Shown: positions 20,116-29,117 of the stretch, piece after piece
Layout: every line of letters starts with the position of its first letter
How positions within the stretch are numbered: position 1 is the stretch's first letter
From: a virus
Lineage: Duplodnaviria; Caudoviricetes
Virus record (IMG/VR): IMGVR_UViG_3300044475_000013
Coordinates: 1-45,115 of that record
DNA: 45,115 nt
Direction: 5' to 3' (one strand)
Program-made: the position numbers and the translations under genes
Notes under the pieces: model-generated
Told to the model about the DNA's origin: nothing
What the model saw: the letters and a program-made list of their open reading frames with translations, nothing else
The model's database searches: none

Positions 20116-21092
20116 TGGAATTGGAGTTCTTTAAGTGAAGTGCAAGGCTGTTCAATTCTTTGCCACTCAGCGTATTCATCTTCAGACATACGATATTTTG
20201 AATTGAAACATCTGAGTAGAAACTCACGATTGTCCTCAGTGAGCCCAAGCGACCAGATGTATGACGCAGCAGTGTCGCCAGCGCAACGCGTGAGCCATAG
20301 GCATTCTGCTTCGGCCAGTATGTTCTGACCAATACTTCGATACTGAGCAATGACAGCATTAGCGACAGCATCCTCAGTTGCAAGATGATGTAGGTACTTA
20401 AACGCAGCCGTAGTGCCCACGAGTTTACCGGATGAATCATGTCGGAGTCCCTTCACGTTGTCCGCAGTGTCACCCATTAACAGTTGTGCCCAAAAGAATT
20501 TAGTACCACGTCCAATGATCTTGGGATTGCTGTTACCGGTGTACATACCGATGTGGCCGAATCGACCATTGATTGTCTCTACTCGTCCATTGTATTTGTT
20601 GTAATGGAAACCCGGAGCAATCTGCAAATCCTTATCATCAGAATGCAATACAGCATTCGACACAGTGTACATATCCTGAACCATAGCATCATCAGCTTCT
20701 ACAGCGAACTGTGGAAAAATCTGGATGTCACTATGTTCATCAAAATGGGTTGCAAGTGCAGACCGCAACACCTCCAGCAGTGGAGGCTTTTGCTTATTGA
20801 ATCGGTTTGCTTGATAAGGCTTCTCTGCAAGGAGCATACCACGATTGTTCTTCAAGCAACCTTTAGGTGTAATGTGTACACGAGCGGACTCTGCTTTACA
20901 CAGGAACATTTTCTCGTACACATTACTCTTGAATTTTCTGAAAGCGGTGTCGATCTTTTTGCTATCGAAGGTCGCGGCGTAACACGGCCCGTCACCGTCT
21001 AGAATTAAAACCCTCCCCGGCTCAGATGAATCTTGGAATTGAGAGGGGAGGGTATTTGTATCTACGCCAAAGCGTTCTAGCACTATAGGCAT
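20064..21092 (-). CDS. 5'-3' exonuclease (gp6-like)
   Basis: LDGD, Y.ANR, EADD, DKDL, MGD.ADN..G motifs. Confidence 0.92.
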   Translation of the reverse strand: MPIVLERFGVDTNTLPSQFQDSSEPGRVLILDGDGPCYAATFDSKKIDTAFRKFKSNVYEKMFLCKAESARVHITPKGCLKNNRGMLLAEKPYQANRFNKQKPPLLEVLRSALATHFDEHSDIQIFPQFAVEADDAMVQDMYTVSNAVLHSDDKDLQIAPGFHYNKYNGRVETINGRFGHIGMYTGNSNPKIIGRGTKFFWAQLLMGDTADNVKGLRHDSSGKLVGTTAAFKYLHHLATEDAVANAVIAQYRSIGQNILAEAECLWLTRCAGDTAASYIWSLGLTEDNREFLLRCFNSKYRMSEDEYAEWQRIEQPCTSLKELQFQWEKFRKEIGCNIQHLP

Positions 21093-21286
21093 CCTGCGTA
21101 ATATTCAGCCCACATACCATCCCAATACTCTGCGTTTACTTTATGGCACAACTCACAGCCATGGAAAAAGTTTGCAGAATCGTCTTGGTATGCAGTTCGT
21201 TGACGCGCCGTGTAAACACGACGCATCTTCCGATCACAACTGCCGCACCAGTGGAACTGGTAGCGGCGTCGTTTTGCTTGCTTCAT
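21083..21286 (-). CDS. Small protein with two CxxC pairs
   Basis: CGSC...CELC; abuts both neighbours. Confidence 0.55.
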   Translation of the reverse strand: MKQAKRRRYQFHWCGSCDRKMRRVYTARQRTAYQDDSANFFHGCELCHKVNAEYWDGMWAEYYAGCL

Positions 21287-22243
21287 TTATACAGCAGGTG
21301 CAGGCGGAACAGCTACAGGTGCCGGAGTTGCCGGAACAGCCGGAGGAACCGGAGTAGCCAGAGCAGGCGCAGCCGGGGCTGGGACAGCCGGGGCAGCGGG
21401 TGCAGCAGGTGCAGTGGGTACAGCGGCAGGGCCAGCAGGAACACTAGCAGCAGGTACAGTACCAGCAGGAATCGGGGCCGGTGCTGCCATAGCAGGTGCA
21501 GCGGGTGCAGTCGGAGCAGCAGCGGGTACAGTACCCGGAGCCGGGATACCAGTTTGAGTACCGAACAGCAGACCTTCCAGCGGGGAACCAGCGAAGTCCA
21601 GAGCTTTCACCAAATCTTCCTGAATCCACTGTTTGTCAGCGGTCAGTTCTTTACCATCAGCGTCCTTGATGATCAGGGAATCCCACTGAGCTTTCGTCGG
21701 CTTGTTCCACAGGAACAGACGGTAGTAGTTGTCTGGTGCATTCGGGATCTGGTAATGCTGCTGGGACATCACATCAATCGGCGGACTGATGGTGTCGAGG
21801 TCGATGTTCACATACGGCTTATCAGTCGGTTTCTTACCCGGCTTGTGCGTAATGGTCAGCAGGTAACCCATGCCCAGCAGTTCAGCGAAGTGCTTCTTGT
21901 CGCCACTGTAGTTCATGCGCTTGAACAACTTGTGAGTCTTGGACTTCTCGTTGTTGCTAATGGTCATGTCGAAGGTACGAATCAGACCGGGTTGGCCATC
22001 ATCGTAGCTATGGTTTGCACTGAACAATGCAAAGCCCAAACGGATGTGCGGGGCCGGGTCTTTAGCTTGACCCTCGAAAGATACAGCACGGTTACCCAGT
22101 TCTACGACTTCAACCAGTCGAGCCAGTACCGGGCCAGCAGGCCAAATCTTACCACCGCCACCACCTTTGGTGACTTCGGTCATGTCATTCACAACACCTT
22201 CGTTTACCGCTACTTGTGCTTCTTGCAGAAGATTATTCAGCAT
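21287..22243 (-). CDS. Conserved-position replication-region protein (possible ssDNA-binding) with Pro/Ala-rich tail
   Basis: 318 aa between DNA polymerase and exonuclease; ARLVEVVELG; ~85-aa P/A/V/T tail. Function is inferred. Confidence 0.65.
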   Translation of the reverse strand: MLNNLLQEAQVAVNEGVVNDMTEVTKGGGGGKIWPAGPVLARLVEVVELGNRAVSFEGQAKDPAPHIRLGFALFSANHSYDDGQPGLIRTFDMTISNNEKSKTHKLFKRMNYSGDKKHFAELLGMGYLLTITHKPGKKPTDKPYVNIDLDTISPPIDVMSQQHYQIPNAPDNYYRLFLWNKPTKAQWDSLIIKDADGKELTADKQWIQEDLVKALDFAGSPLEGLLFGTQTGIPAPGTVPAAAPTAPAAPAMAAPAPIPAGTVPAASVPAGPAAVPTAPAAPAAPAVPAPAAPALATPVPPAVPATPAPVAVPPAPAV

Positions 22244-22523
22244 CTTTATATCCTTTCAGTTTGGCACATACTTCGAGCCAGATTATATGTTCAAATGGCA
22301 TTCTCGGATGGTACTTTAAGAATACATGTGTTGGTATTGCTACCTGCTGAGTATAACGAGTTCCGTCTACAACAGCTGTGAATCGAAGATTGAACGTCTG
22401 TGTGCACAAATCTTCCCATTCGCTGTATTCCTGCCAACCTAGAAACCGGGCTAGCTGATGCAGTCTATCGTGTAGCTGATCAGCATTAACAATTATTGCT
22501 AGGGATTGTCGCGGGTCAACCAT
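22233..22523 (-). CDS. Hypothetical protein
   Basis: 96 aa from ATG 22523, coupled to the stop of the upstream small ORF. Confidence 0.55.
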   Translation of the reverse strand: MVDPRQSLAIIVNADQLHDRLHQLARFLGWQEYSEWEDLCTQTFNLRFTAVVDGTRYTQQVAIPTHVFLKYHPRMPFEHIIWLEVCAKLKGYKDAE

Positions 22524-22686
22524 CACGATCTTTATTCCAATGATCTTTCTGGAGTTCCCTGATTTGTCGTTGTAAGAAGGATTTACCTTCACGACGACAA
22601 CCGAACATTACAACGATCTTACCTTCGTGTACCAGCTCGGCTACCTTTTGGGTAGCCTCTGCCAGTAGCTTATGCTGTTTTAGCAA
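22516..22686 (-). CDS. 56-aa ORF (below the ORF-track cut-off) with a Walker A-like motif
   Basis: TTG start after GGAG; MLKQHKLLAEATQKVAELVHEGKIVVMFGCRREGKSFLQRQIRELQKDHWNKDRDG; overlaps both neighbours. Confidence 0.6.
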   Translation of the reverse strand: MLKQHKLLAEATQKVAELVHEGKIVVMFGCRREGKSFLQRQIRELQKDHWNKDRDG

Positions 22687-25046
22687 TGCTCTTTCTCCAT
22701 CATGTTCGGGCCGAATTCAGGTACGGCAGGGAACGGAGTTGTGTGGTAGTTCCAGTCTTTATATGCAGGCATGGTTTCGCACATACGACGCGGGGTATCC
22801 GCCATTATCTGTGCAACCATTTTACCAGCGTATCTAGCCCACTCTTCATTGATACAATCAAGATAGATAGCATCATGAACAGTATTAACACAGAGAACTG
22901 CACCACCAAAGAAGTCGTTCTCAATGAGCCAGCGGATAACGAAACCACACGCGGTTTGTACGATGAAGGAAGCTTCACCTTGGCACCAGTAGTTTGCAAT
23001 CTGAGTATCCTTGTAGTCCATGATGGTTTGACCATCAATGTATTTCTGGAACTGCCGATAGCTATAACGAGTACCACCCTTTGCATCGAAGTAACCACGA
23101 CGGTAAATGCTGAAGCCTTCGCCTTCTGTGAACTCACGTTGCAGCGGTTCTTGTAGACCAGTCTCCTCTACGCGATCACGGACAACTTGTCTGAATGCGA
23201 TGGACTCCGGAAAGAGCTTCGCTTCTGTGTCGATAAACGCTTGAGCATCTTCAACGGAACAACCAGTGGCATAGGAAATCCCCTTAGCAGAAGCTCCGTA
23301 CTGTGCAGCGAAGGACTGTGGTTTGATGTCCGTCCGAGCCTGTTTAATCTTCTTGTGTTCTGGATGATTCTTGTCACCGACAATGTCGACCATTTCTTCG
23401 TAAGGTCTACCGAGTTTCGCGGCCAGTCGATAACAGTGCATATCTGTCCCACTAAGGAGTTTATCCAAGAGGTTTCGATCCCCGGAAATGGATGCCAACG
23501 CGACCACTTCCAGCGCGGTGTAGTCAATCTCCACGATCTTCCCTTGCGCACCATAACGACTTGCGAACATCTGCTTAACCTTTGAAGTGCCGTCACGCGG
23601 TATATTCTGAAGGTTCGGGTCACTACTCGATAGTCGAGTTGTAACCGTAGCGGTTCCGTTGAGTCGGTGATGAATGATACCGTCCGGATTAACGTATTGG
23701 AGCATTCCTTTCTGTGACTTAACATTGCCGTCCTTGTCGTAAGTATATGAAATGTAGTAAGTGCCGTTGTCCTTATCGAGTTGGTTCAACTCTTTAAGCG
23801 GCTTCGCAATGTCCGTGAAGTTCGCCAGTAGATCAAGTGAATCCTTGCTCGTACTGTACACGGGTGTGCCTTCTCGCAATACAATCTCACGACCGCTGTG
23901 TGGATCGTCTAGTGTTTCTCGGTCACAGAGGAATCGTTTGCTACGGAACTCTGCACGTTTCCCGAGGTACATTTCTTGTACGTGAGCGGGGAGAGTGTTG
24001 AGTTGAATGAGACCGTCGAATGTATATACTGCCTCGCCCCATTTGAGCTTCGGGACATCCGTGTCTTCTCGATAGACTTTTGGAAGGCCCTTATTCTTGC
24101 CGCTCTTATAGAGTTCCCGCCATCCATTAGTTGCCTCAAAGTTTGCCCTTTCGTCTCCGGAAAGTGCATCCCATTCAGCAACTGTAATGTATCGGCTACC
24201 ACATTTGTAGAAGTCAGCCTTCTCGAACTTCGGTGGGTCATATGGAACCTTGATGTCGTATTTGATAGGGCCACCAAACAGGAATGCTGAGAGGTGGTAA
24301 TCACTACCAAGGTTGAATTGTTCACGCAGTTCTGCTGGTGTATCTTCAGGTAGGTAGCTCATGACCTGAGTACGCAATTCAGCAGCACGCTCAAGTTGTT
24401 CAGCGTGGTTACGCTTTGCAGCTTCACCGTCAACGAACAGGCCGTTGAAGGTACACACTGCATTGAACAGCAGCGAGTCCATCCGATGCCAGAACATTTC
24501 AATCATACCTTTGCTGAGTAGTTCAGCGTATTGGCCAAAGCAAGCTAGTCGTGTATTCACGATGTCACCTGTTGGGCCTGCAAGATATTCAAGCAACAGT
24601 GCTTGATCAATCTGCGAGGTAAGATACCCTTGTTCCCACATCAACTTCACTTCGTCAATCTTTGTTGTACCACCATAGATTGGTGCAGTCTCGTCAAGCG
24701 ACGGGTACAGCATTGTCTGGTGTGACAACAAGTACTGAGCGTACTGTGTACAGAAGATACGACCACCGCGTTTCAAGAACTCCATGAACTTGTCACGATG
24801 ACGGGACATGATCCACTGAATCTCAAATGTAGCATTGTGTGCTACGAATACGGTTGCATGTTCAATTGCAATGTCGAACCAGTCCGAAGCATCCGCTTCA
24901 GCTCTGGAACTAAAGTAGCGGCTTTGGACTGCACCGTCATTGAGTGCCCAACCGGGAGCTACAATGTAATTCTCTGGGTGAAACGGAGAAGCGAGTTGAC
25001 CGTAGTACGGTTTGTTCTCAGTTTCCAAGTCACAGATCAGCCACAT
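22680..25046 (-). CDS. Family A DNA polymerase with 3'-5' exonuclease
   Basis: DLETE, AHN..FE, RLSSSDPNLQN, DYTALE, R...K...F...YG, VHD. Confidence 0.97.
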   Translation of the reverse strand: MWLICDLETENKPYYGQLASPFHPENYIVAPGWALNDGAVQSRYFSSRAEADASDWFDIAIEHATVFVAHNATFEIQWIMSRHRDKFMEFLKRGGRIFCTQYAQYLLSHQTMLYPSLDETAPIYGGTTKIDEVKLMWEQGYLTSQIDQALLLEYLAGPTGDIVNTRLACFGQYAELLSKGMIEMFWHRMDSLLFNAVCTFNGLFVDGEAAKRNHAEQLERAAELRTQVMSYLPEDTPAELREQFNLGSDYHLSAFLFGGPIKYDIKVPYDPPKFEKADFYKCGSRYITVAEWDALSGDERANFEATNGWRELYKSGKNKGLPKVYREDTDVPKLKWGEAVYTFDGLIQLNTLPAHVQEMYLGKRAEFRSKRFLCDRETLDDPHSGREIVLREGTPVYSTSKDSLDLLANFTDIAKPLKELNQLDKDNGTYYISYTYDKDGNVKSQKGMLQYVNPDGIIHHRLNGTATVTTRLSSSDPNLQNIPRDGTSKVKQMFASRYGAQGKIVEIDYTALEVVALASISGDRNLLDKLLSGTDMHCYRLAAKLGRPYEEMVDIVGDKNHPEHKKIKQARTDIKPQSFAAQYGASAKGISYATGCSVEDAQAFIDTEAKLFPESIAFRQVVRDRVEETGLQEPLQREFTEGEGFSIYRRGYFDAKGGTRYSYRQFQKYIDGQTIMDYKDTQIANYWCQGEASFIVQTACGFVIRWLIENDFFGGAVLCVNTVHDAIYLDCINEEWARYAGKMVAQIMADTPRRMCETMPAYKDWNYHTTPFPAVPEFGPNMMEKEHC

Positions 25047-25264
25047 TTGGCTTGCCTTTCTGCTACCAAAGTATCCATACGATCTTGGATTGCCGCGAGG
25101 ATTTTCTTACTACCAGCACGTGCACTGAGGTTGAATCGTTTACGTGCAATACTCATGGCACTAGGGCCATTGCATTTCATACCTTGAGCTTCCAGCTTTA
25201 CACGGCCTTTTAGGCTGCTGAGACTGAAGTACTCAATTGCCTCTGGAGTATCAGCTACTTCCAT
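25037..25264 (-). CDS. Hypothetical basic protein
   Basis: 75 aa; AAGGA RBS; overlaps the DNA polymerase start. Confidence 0.7.
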   Translation of the reverse strand: MEVADTPEAIEYFSLSSLKGRVKLEAQGMKCNGPSAMSIARKRFNLSARAGSKKILAAIQDRMDTLVAERQAKCG

Positions 25265-25273
25265 TGTGTTCCT

Positions 25274-25307
25274 TTCAATAACGCGGAAGCCTCATAGAGA
25301 CTTCCGC
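25274..25307. promoter_or_regulatory. Intergenic hairpin with a 15-bp motif shared with 33027-33041
   Basis: TTCAATAACGCGGAA leading into an 11-bp stem. Confidence 0.6.
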
Positions 25308-25314
25308 ATCTTGG

Positions 25315-26256
25315 TTAGTCCTGTTGTACCTTGTCGATACGCAACTCGTTTACCTTAGGCAAACGCAGTACACCTTTGCTGGATTCCTGCAATGCAGAGA
25401 CATGCCAGATTTGGCCAACTACATTCGATTCATCATGGCAGTATGCCATAGTGTGAACTTCCTGAGTTTCTAAATCCCAGCCTTTACCTAGGCCAGCAGT
25501 GAATGGTTTACCTTTCCACTCGAACTTCAGGCCAGCAATTAGACCTTCCATTTTACCAGTGCCCATTACGACACCAATGCAATGTAGGTCAGCATGGATA
25601 CCACGAACACGCTTCGTTTGACGCCAGCCTTTGTGGCCAGCTTCCCAGCCACCGTGTAGCATCTTCAGGACAGCACCTTCGCCACCATTTAGAATCATGG
25701 TGTCTGCAATACGAATGAATTCTTCATAAGTATTAGCGATGTAGCTCTGTACCAGCAGATGGTCAAGCTGGGCATCCCGATAGAGTTCTACAGTGCGATG
25801 CCAGCGTTCACGGTAGTTGCGCTTAGAAATACCCAGCACGAATTCTTCGAGCCACAGGTAGTCGTGTGCAATCAACTTCGCGTAGGTCATGTCGAATGCT
25901 TCTGCATCAGTCCACGGAGTAACACGATTGGTATTTACCAAGCCACTCAGAACTTCCAGACTCATAGCCGGGTTCACGAGTTCACAGATGTACACACCGG
26001 GATGCAGCGGAACCATGCTGGCCAGCGTAGTGTACGCGTGACCTTCGAGGTAGAACGGATTGCCAGTGCGGCTGTAGAACTGAATCGGTTCATCTTGCTC
26101 ACGGATGCACAGGCAGTACACACCATCTTCTTTCTTTTGCAGGAAAGCTGGGAAGGTTACATTTTCATGTGCCTTCTTGGTGAGCTTGTCGTACTCCAGC
26201 ACTTTCATGACAACATTTTTCCTTGCAAGTGCAAGGCGGATACTATTAGACATCAT
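25315..26256 (-). CDS. ATP-dependent DNA ligase
   Basis: KEDG (KxDG), SRTG, EGAVLK, K-x-K-like TKRV, LRLP. Confidence 0.92.
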   Translation of the reverse strand: MMSNSIRLALARKNVVMKVLEYDKLTKKAHENVTFPAFLQKKEDGVYCLCIREQDEPIQFYSRTGNPFYLEGHAYTTLASMVPLHPGVYICELVNPAMSLEVLSGLVNTNRVTPWTDAEAFDMTYAKLIAHDYLWLEEFVLGISKRNYRERWHRTVELYRDAQLDHLLVQSYIANTYEEFIRIADTMILNGGEGAVLKMLHGGWEAGHKGWRQTKRVRGIHADLHCIGVVMGTGKMEGLIAGLKFEWKGKPFTAGLGKGWDLETQEVHTMAYCHDESNVVGQIWHVSALQESSKGVLRLPKVNELRIDKVQQD

Positions 26257-27542
26257 CCTTTAGGCACCTCCTTAAAGTCAATCCATTGATTGAGTTCAGA
26301 GTGGAAGAAACCCGACAACTTGTTGTGCTTGTTACAACCTTCTCGCACCAACTTGTTCTTCGGAGTATTGAAGCCACGGAGTACCTCCATGTCTTCTCGG
26401 TGTAGCTTACCCATAATCAACAGCAAATCTAAAGTCGTCTGCACACCCACTTTACTATTTTGTAGCGCAGTGATTGGTGGGTGCAGCATGTCCATACCTT
26501 CCGCAGATACTTGGATGGTTCCGACATGGGCGAACTTCTGCATTGCTGCAAGTTCACGCATTGTGTTCCAGACCATTTCTGCCTGTGTTGTCTCGTTCGA
26601 CGTTGGGCGTACTGTCTGAATGCGTCCTGTCATATCTGTAAATACAGCATATGGATTATGGGCTTCGATGATCTGGGCCACCTGAGTTGTGTTCATCCCG
26701 TGGATGTTCTGGAAGCGTATTGCGTCCCAACGTCCCACAATCTCAGAATAAAGTGGCACCAGTTCACCTGCGCGAGCTAGTGCTAGCAGTTCGCTACGTG
26801 GTCGCTGGAGTGCAGTACCATAAGCACGGGGCGCCAGAGCTTCTGCTGTTGATTCATTGACCAGATAGAGCAGCGGTCTTTCCGGGTACAAGTTCCGTTC
26901 TTTCGCTTGCTGTGCAAAGTCCACAGCGAGGCGTATGAGCAGAGAACTCTTACCCGAATCAGTAGGTGCAGCAATGGCGATGTTATCGCCGGGGAGTAAG
27001 CCACGTAAAGTATTGGCAAGGGGCTCGATTGCTCGGAACTGGAGTCCGGCATCATCCGACTGTCCTTCAAGGTATTCAAGCGGGTCGGCATTCGCCCAAC
27101 CGTTCCCACCACCTGAAACGAGCCGATGTCGTGCATCTGCGGCCAATCTCTGTAATTCAAACGTGACATCTACTTCTTCTCCATTGTTGTAAGCACTGAG
27201 GATACGACCAGCCTCACCAGCAAATCGAACTTCTTCAAGCTGATTCGCAACCTGATTCAATACTGAATCTTCAACCGGGGCTTTCAGTGCCTCAGTGATA
27301 CGGGTGAGTAGTGCTAGTTGATCGGGTGTTTCCTGAGTGCTTAACTTCATCATGGTTTCGAGAGCATCGAAGTTCACATGAGAGTGATCAGGATAACGGC
27401 TGAAGTAAACCTTGTACCAATCCAACAGATTGCCTGTCAGAGGGTCAAACATTTCACGCGGAACCGACGGGGACAAGAACAGGAATCTGTCCCGTTGGCT
27501 CAGTGCCTTAAGTAGATTCTTGTCCACAGAACATCCTCGCAA
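26253..27542 (-). CDS. DnaB-like replicative helicase
   Basis: Walker A AAPTDSGKSS, NE, TIQ, PKNK; true start probably GTG 27527. Confidence 0.9.
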   Translation of the reverse strand: MRGCSVDKNLLKALSQRDRFLFLSPSVPREMFDPLTGNLLDWYKVYFSRYPDHSHVNFDALETMMKLSTQETPDQLALLTRITEALKAPVEDSVLNQVANQLEEVRFAGEAGRILSAYNNGEEVDVTFELQRLAADARHRLVSGGGNGWANADPLEYLEGQSDDAGLQFRAIEPLANTLRGLLPGDNIAIAAPTDSGKSSLLIRLAVDFAQQAKERNLYPERPLLYLVNESTAEALAPRAYGTALQRPRSELLALARAGELVPLYSEIVGRWDAIRFQNIHGMNTTQVAQIIEAHNPYAVFTDMTGRIQTVRPTSNETTQAEMVWNTMRELAAMQKFAHVGTIQVSAEGMDMLHPPITALQNSKVGVQTTLDLLLIMGKLHREDMEVLRGFNTPKNKLVREGCNKHNKLSGFFHSELNQWIDFKEVPKG

Positions 27543-28332
27543 TTGTAGCAGTGTCTAAATTCTTTGGGTCTAGCCCAGTTGGCATACAGAGTGTCCAATC
27601 CTCATAAGGGATGTCCAGAATCTTGAATGCACTACTGAATGCAACCGCGCCTTCAGAGCCAGCAGCATCACCATCGAAAAGGATGATAGTTTTTCTGGCC
27701 TTGATCAGTTGAACCGTGAGGTCTGTGTTCAGTCGCGTACCCATTGCAGACACAGCTAAGTAGTCGTGAAAGCGAGGTAGGCTACTGAATACATATTGCA
27801 ACTTCAATGCACTGAAGTAGTCTTCAGTCAGCACAATAACCTTGTCGTCAAAGCTACGGCGGGCTGCTCTATTGAAACTGTAGTTGCTCATGTAAGTAAA
27901 CCACTTTGACTTTGATTTACCGGTCATGTCTCGACCTACAATCTGGTCAGGTGTTTCAAATACTAAGCGTTGATCTTCCGGGTTGTACTTCGGATAGATC
28001 GTGCTAAAGAAACCTAGTGCCATATCCTTAGAAATAAGGAATTCCATGATACGGCGTTTCAAGGATTCATCCCACATGTGGTATTGAATCAGTGCACTCG
28101 GAATACCCTTCTTGGATTTCTCCGCTTCGGGTTCGATCTGAAAGCGCACAGCCTCTTTCATCTGTACATCGCCTTGATGACAATGATGGCAATAAGCTGT
28201 GTACTTGTCCTGCATGTTTCGGATGACTAGGTTGGGGCGCTTCTCGGCACCATGATAGATGCGATCAGTTGCACCAACAGGTAGCCGTTTAGCAGCCTTC
28301 AACCAGTGCTCTTTCTGCACCAGTCTCTGCAT
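27508..28332 (-). CDS. DNA primase (Zn finger + TOPRIM)
   Basis: AYCHHC, LTEDYFSA, DGD.AG, DPK motifs. Confidence 0.9.
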   Translation of the reverse strand: MQRLVQKEHWLKAAKRLPVGATDRIYHGAEKRPNLVIRNMQDKYTAYCHHCHQGDVQMKEAVRFQIEPEAEKSKKGIPSALIQYHMWDESLKRRIMEFLISKDMALGFFSTIYPKYNPEDQRLVFETPDQIVGRDMTGKSKSKWFTYMSNYSFNRAARRSFDDKVIVLTEDYFSALKLQYVFSSLPRFHDYLAVSAMGTRLNTDLTVQLIKARKTIILFDGDAAGSEGAVAFSSAFKILDIPYEDWTLCMPTGLDPKNLDTATIARMFCGQEST

Positions 28333-28346
28333 AAACTTCCTTTCAT

Positions 28347-28515
28347 TTCAGGTTAAGACGGAAGAACTGTCAGAGGTTTCATTGACCCACGCCAAGGGGC
28401 CCTTTACTAGCAAGGCCCAGCTATAGTATCCATGACGCATTACTAACTCTGTCTGGTCAGGAAGAAGTCCGGGACGTAACCCAAGACAACTACAGTTCTT
28501 CCGTATTAACCGGAA
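28347..28515. other. Structured intergenic element closed by a 20-bp inverted repeat
   Basis: 28351-28370 and 28492-28511 are 19/20 complementary; internal hairpins present. Confidence 0.7.
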
Positions 28516-28531
28516 GGCTAATACGTCTGCT

Positions 28532-28726
28532 TTACTCTGAAGGATTTGCCCTCAGTGCTGCCGCAGCGGCTTCTGCTTCATCGTAGGTGTTGTAACCTAC
28601 ATTGGAAACATGGCCAGTGGCCTGATTCATCCAGTGCCACAGATTGCCCTTACGAATAACGATCAGGTTACCCGTGGTTGATGCTCCAGTACTACCGTAC
28701 ATAATTTTCCTTTCTGCAAGGTACAT
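28532..28726 (-). CDS. Hypothetical protein
   Basis: 64 aa, or shorter from the second ATG that follows AAGGA. Confidence 0.6.
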   Translation of the reverse strand: MYLAERKIMYGSTGASTTGNLIVIRKGNLWHWMNQATGHVSNVGYNTYDEAEAAAAALRANPSE

Positions 28727-29117
28727 CTACGAAAGTGTGCTGGCCAATGCGGCGCTTGCGATATCCCTTTGCCCAGTAAGGCTCTGCACCTGAATAAAAG
28801 TGAGTCATGCTACCAATGGATTTAGGTTCGGAAAGAATCGACCGAACGTATGTTGCGGTTGCTATTCTCTGTGCGGAAATCCATGCAGCTTGATCTGTTT
28901 TCATTGCAAGTGCAGCAGACCTGTTCCTCTTGTCACTAGCCCAGCTAAATTGTCCTCGCTGAAAGATGACATCTTTTGCATTACTAGGGAAGCAACGTGA
29001 AGTCATGCGGTTTATAACAACCTCAGCGACAGCACGTTGCCCTAGTTCTGATTCAGACCGGGACTCGTGAAAGATGGCAATGGAGAGGGCCAGCACTACA
29101 CTGGCCGCACTCAGCAC
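28692..29117 (-). CDS. SleB-like cell wall hydrolase (Hydrolase_2 family)
   Basis: HESR.E...GQ.AVA.VVINR, QFSW, THFY, PYWA, IG.H.F. Confidence 0.88.
   Translation of the reverse strand: MLSAASVVLALSIAIFHESRSESELGQRAVAEVVINRMTSRCFPSNAKDVIFQRGQFSWASDKRNRSAALAMKTDQAAWISAQRIATATYVRSILSEPKSIGSMTHFYSGAEPYWAKGYRKRRIGQHTFVDVPCRKENYVR

Noticed and set aside
21143-22381. 412-aa plus-strand ORF and other long plus-strand ORFs (e.g. 29067-29894, 15402-16025)
   Set aside because: Antisense shadows of codon-biased minus-strand genes, with no recognisable motifs.
20751-28914. TGCAAGTGCA copies at about 20751, 26224 and 28905 as regulatory sites
   Set aside because: All encode Ala-Leu-Ala (GCA CTT GCA) in coding frames; only the two intergenic copies were kept.
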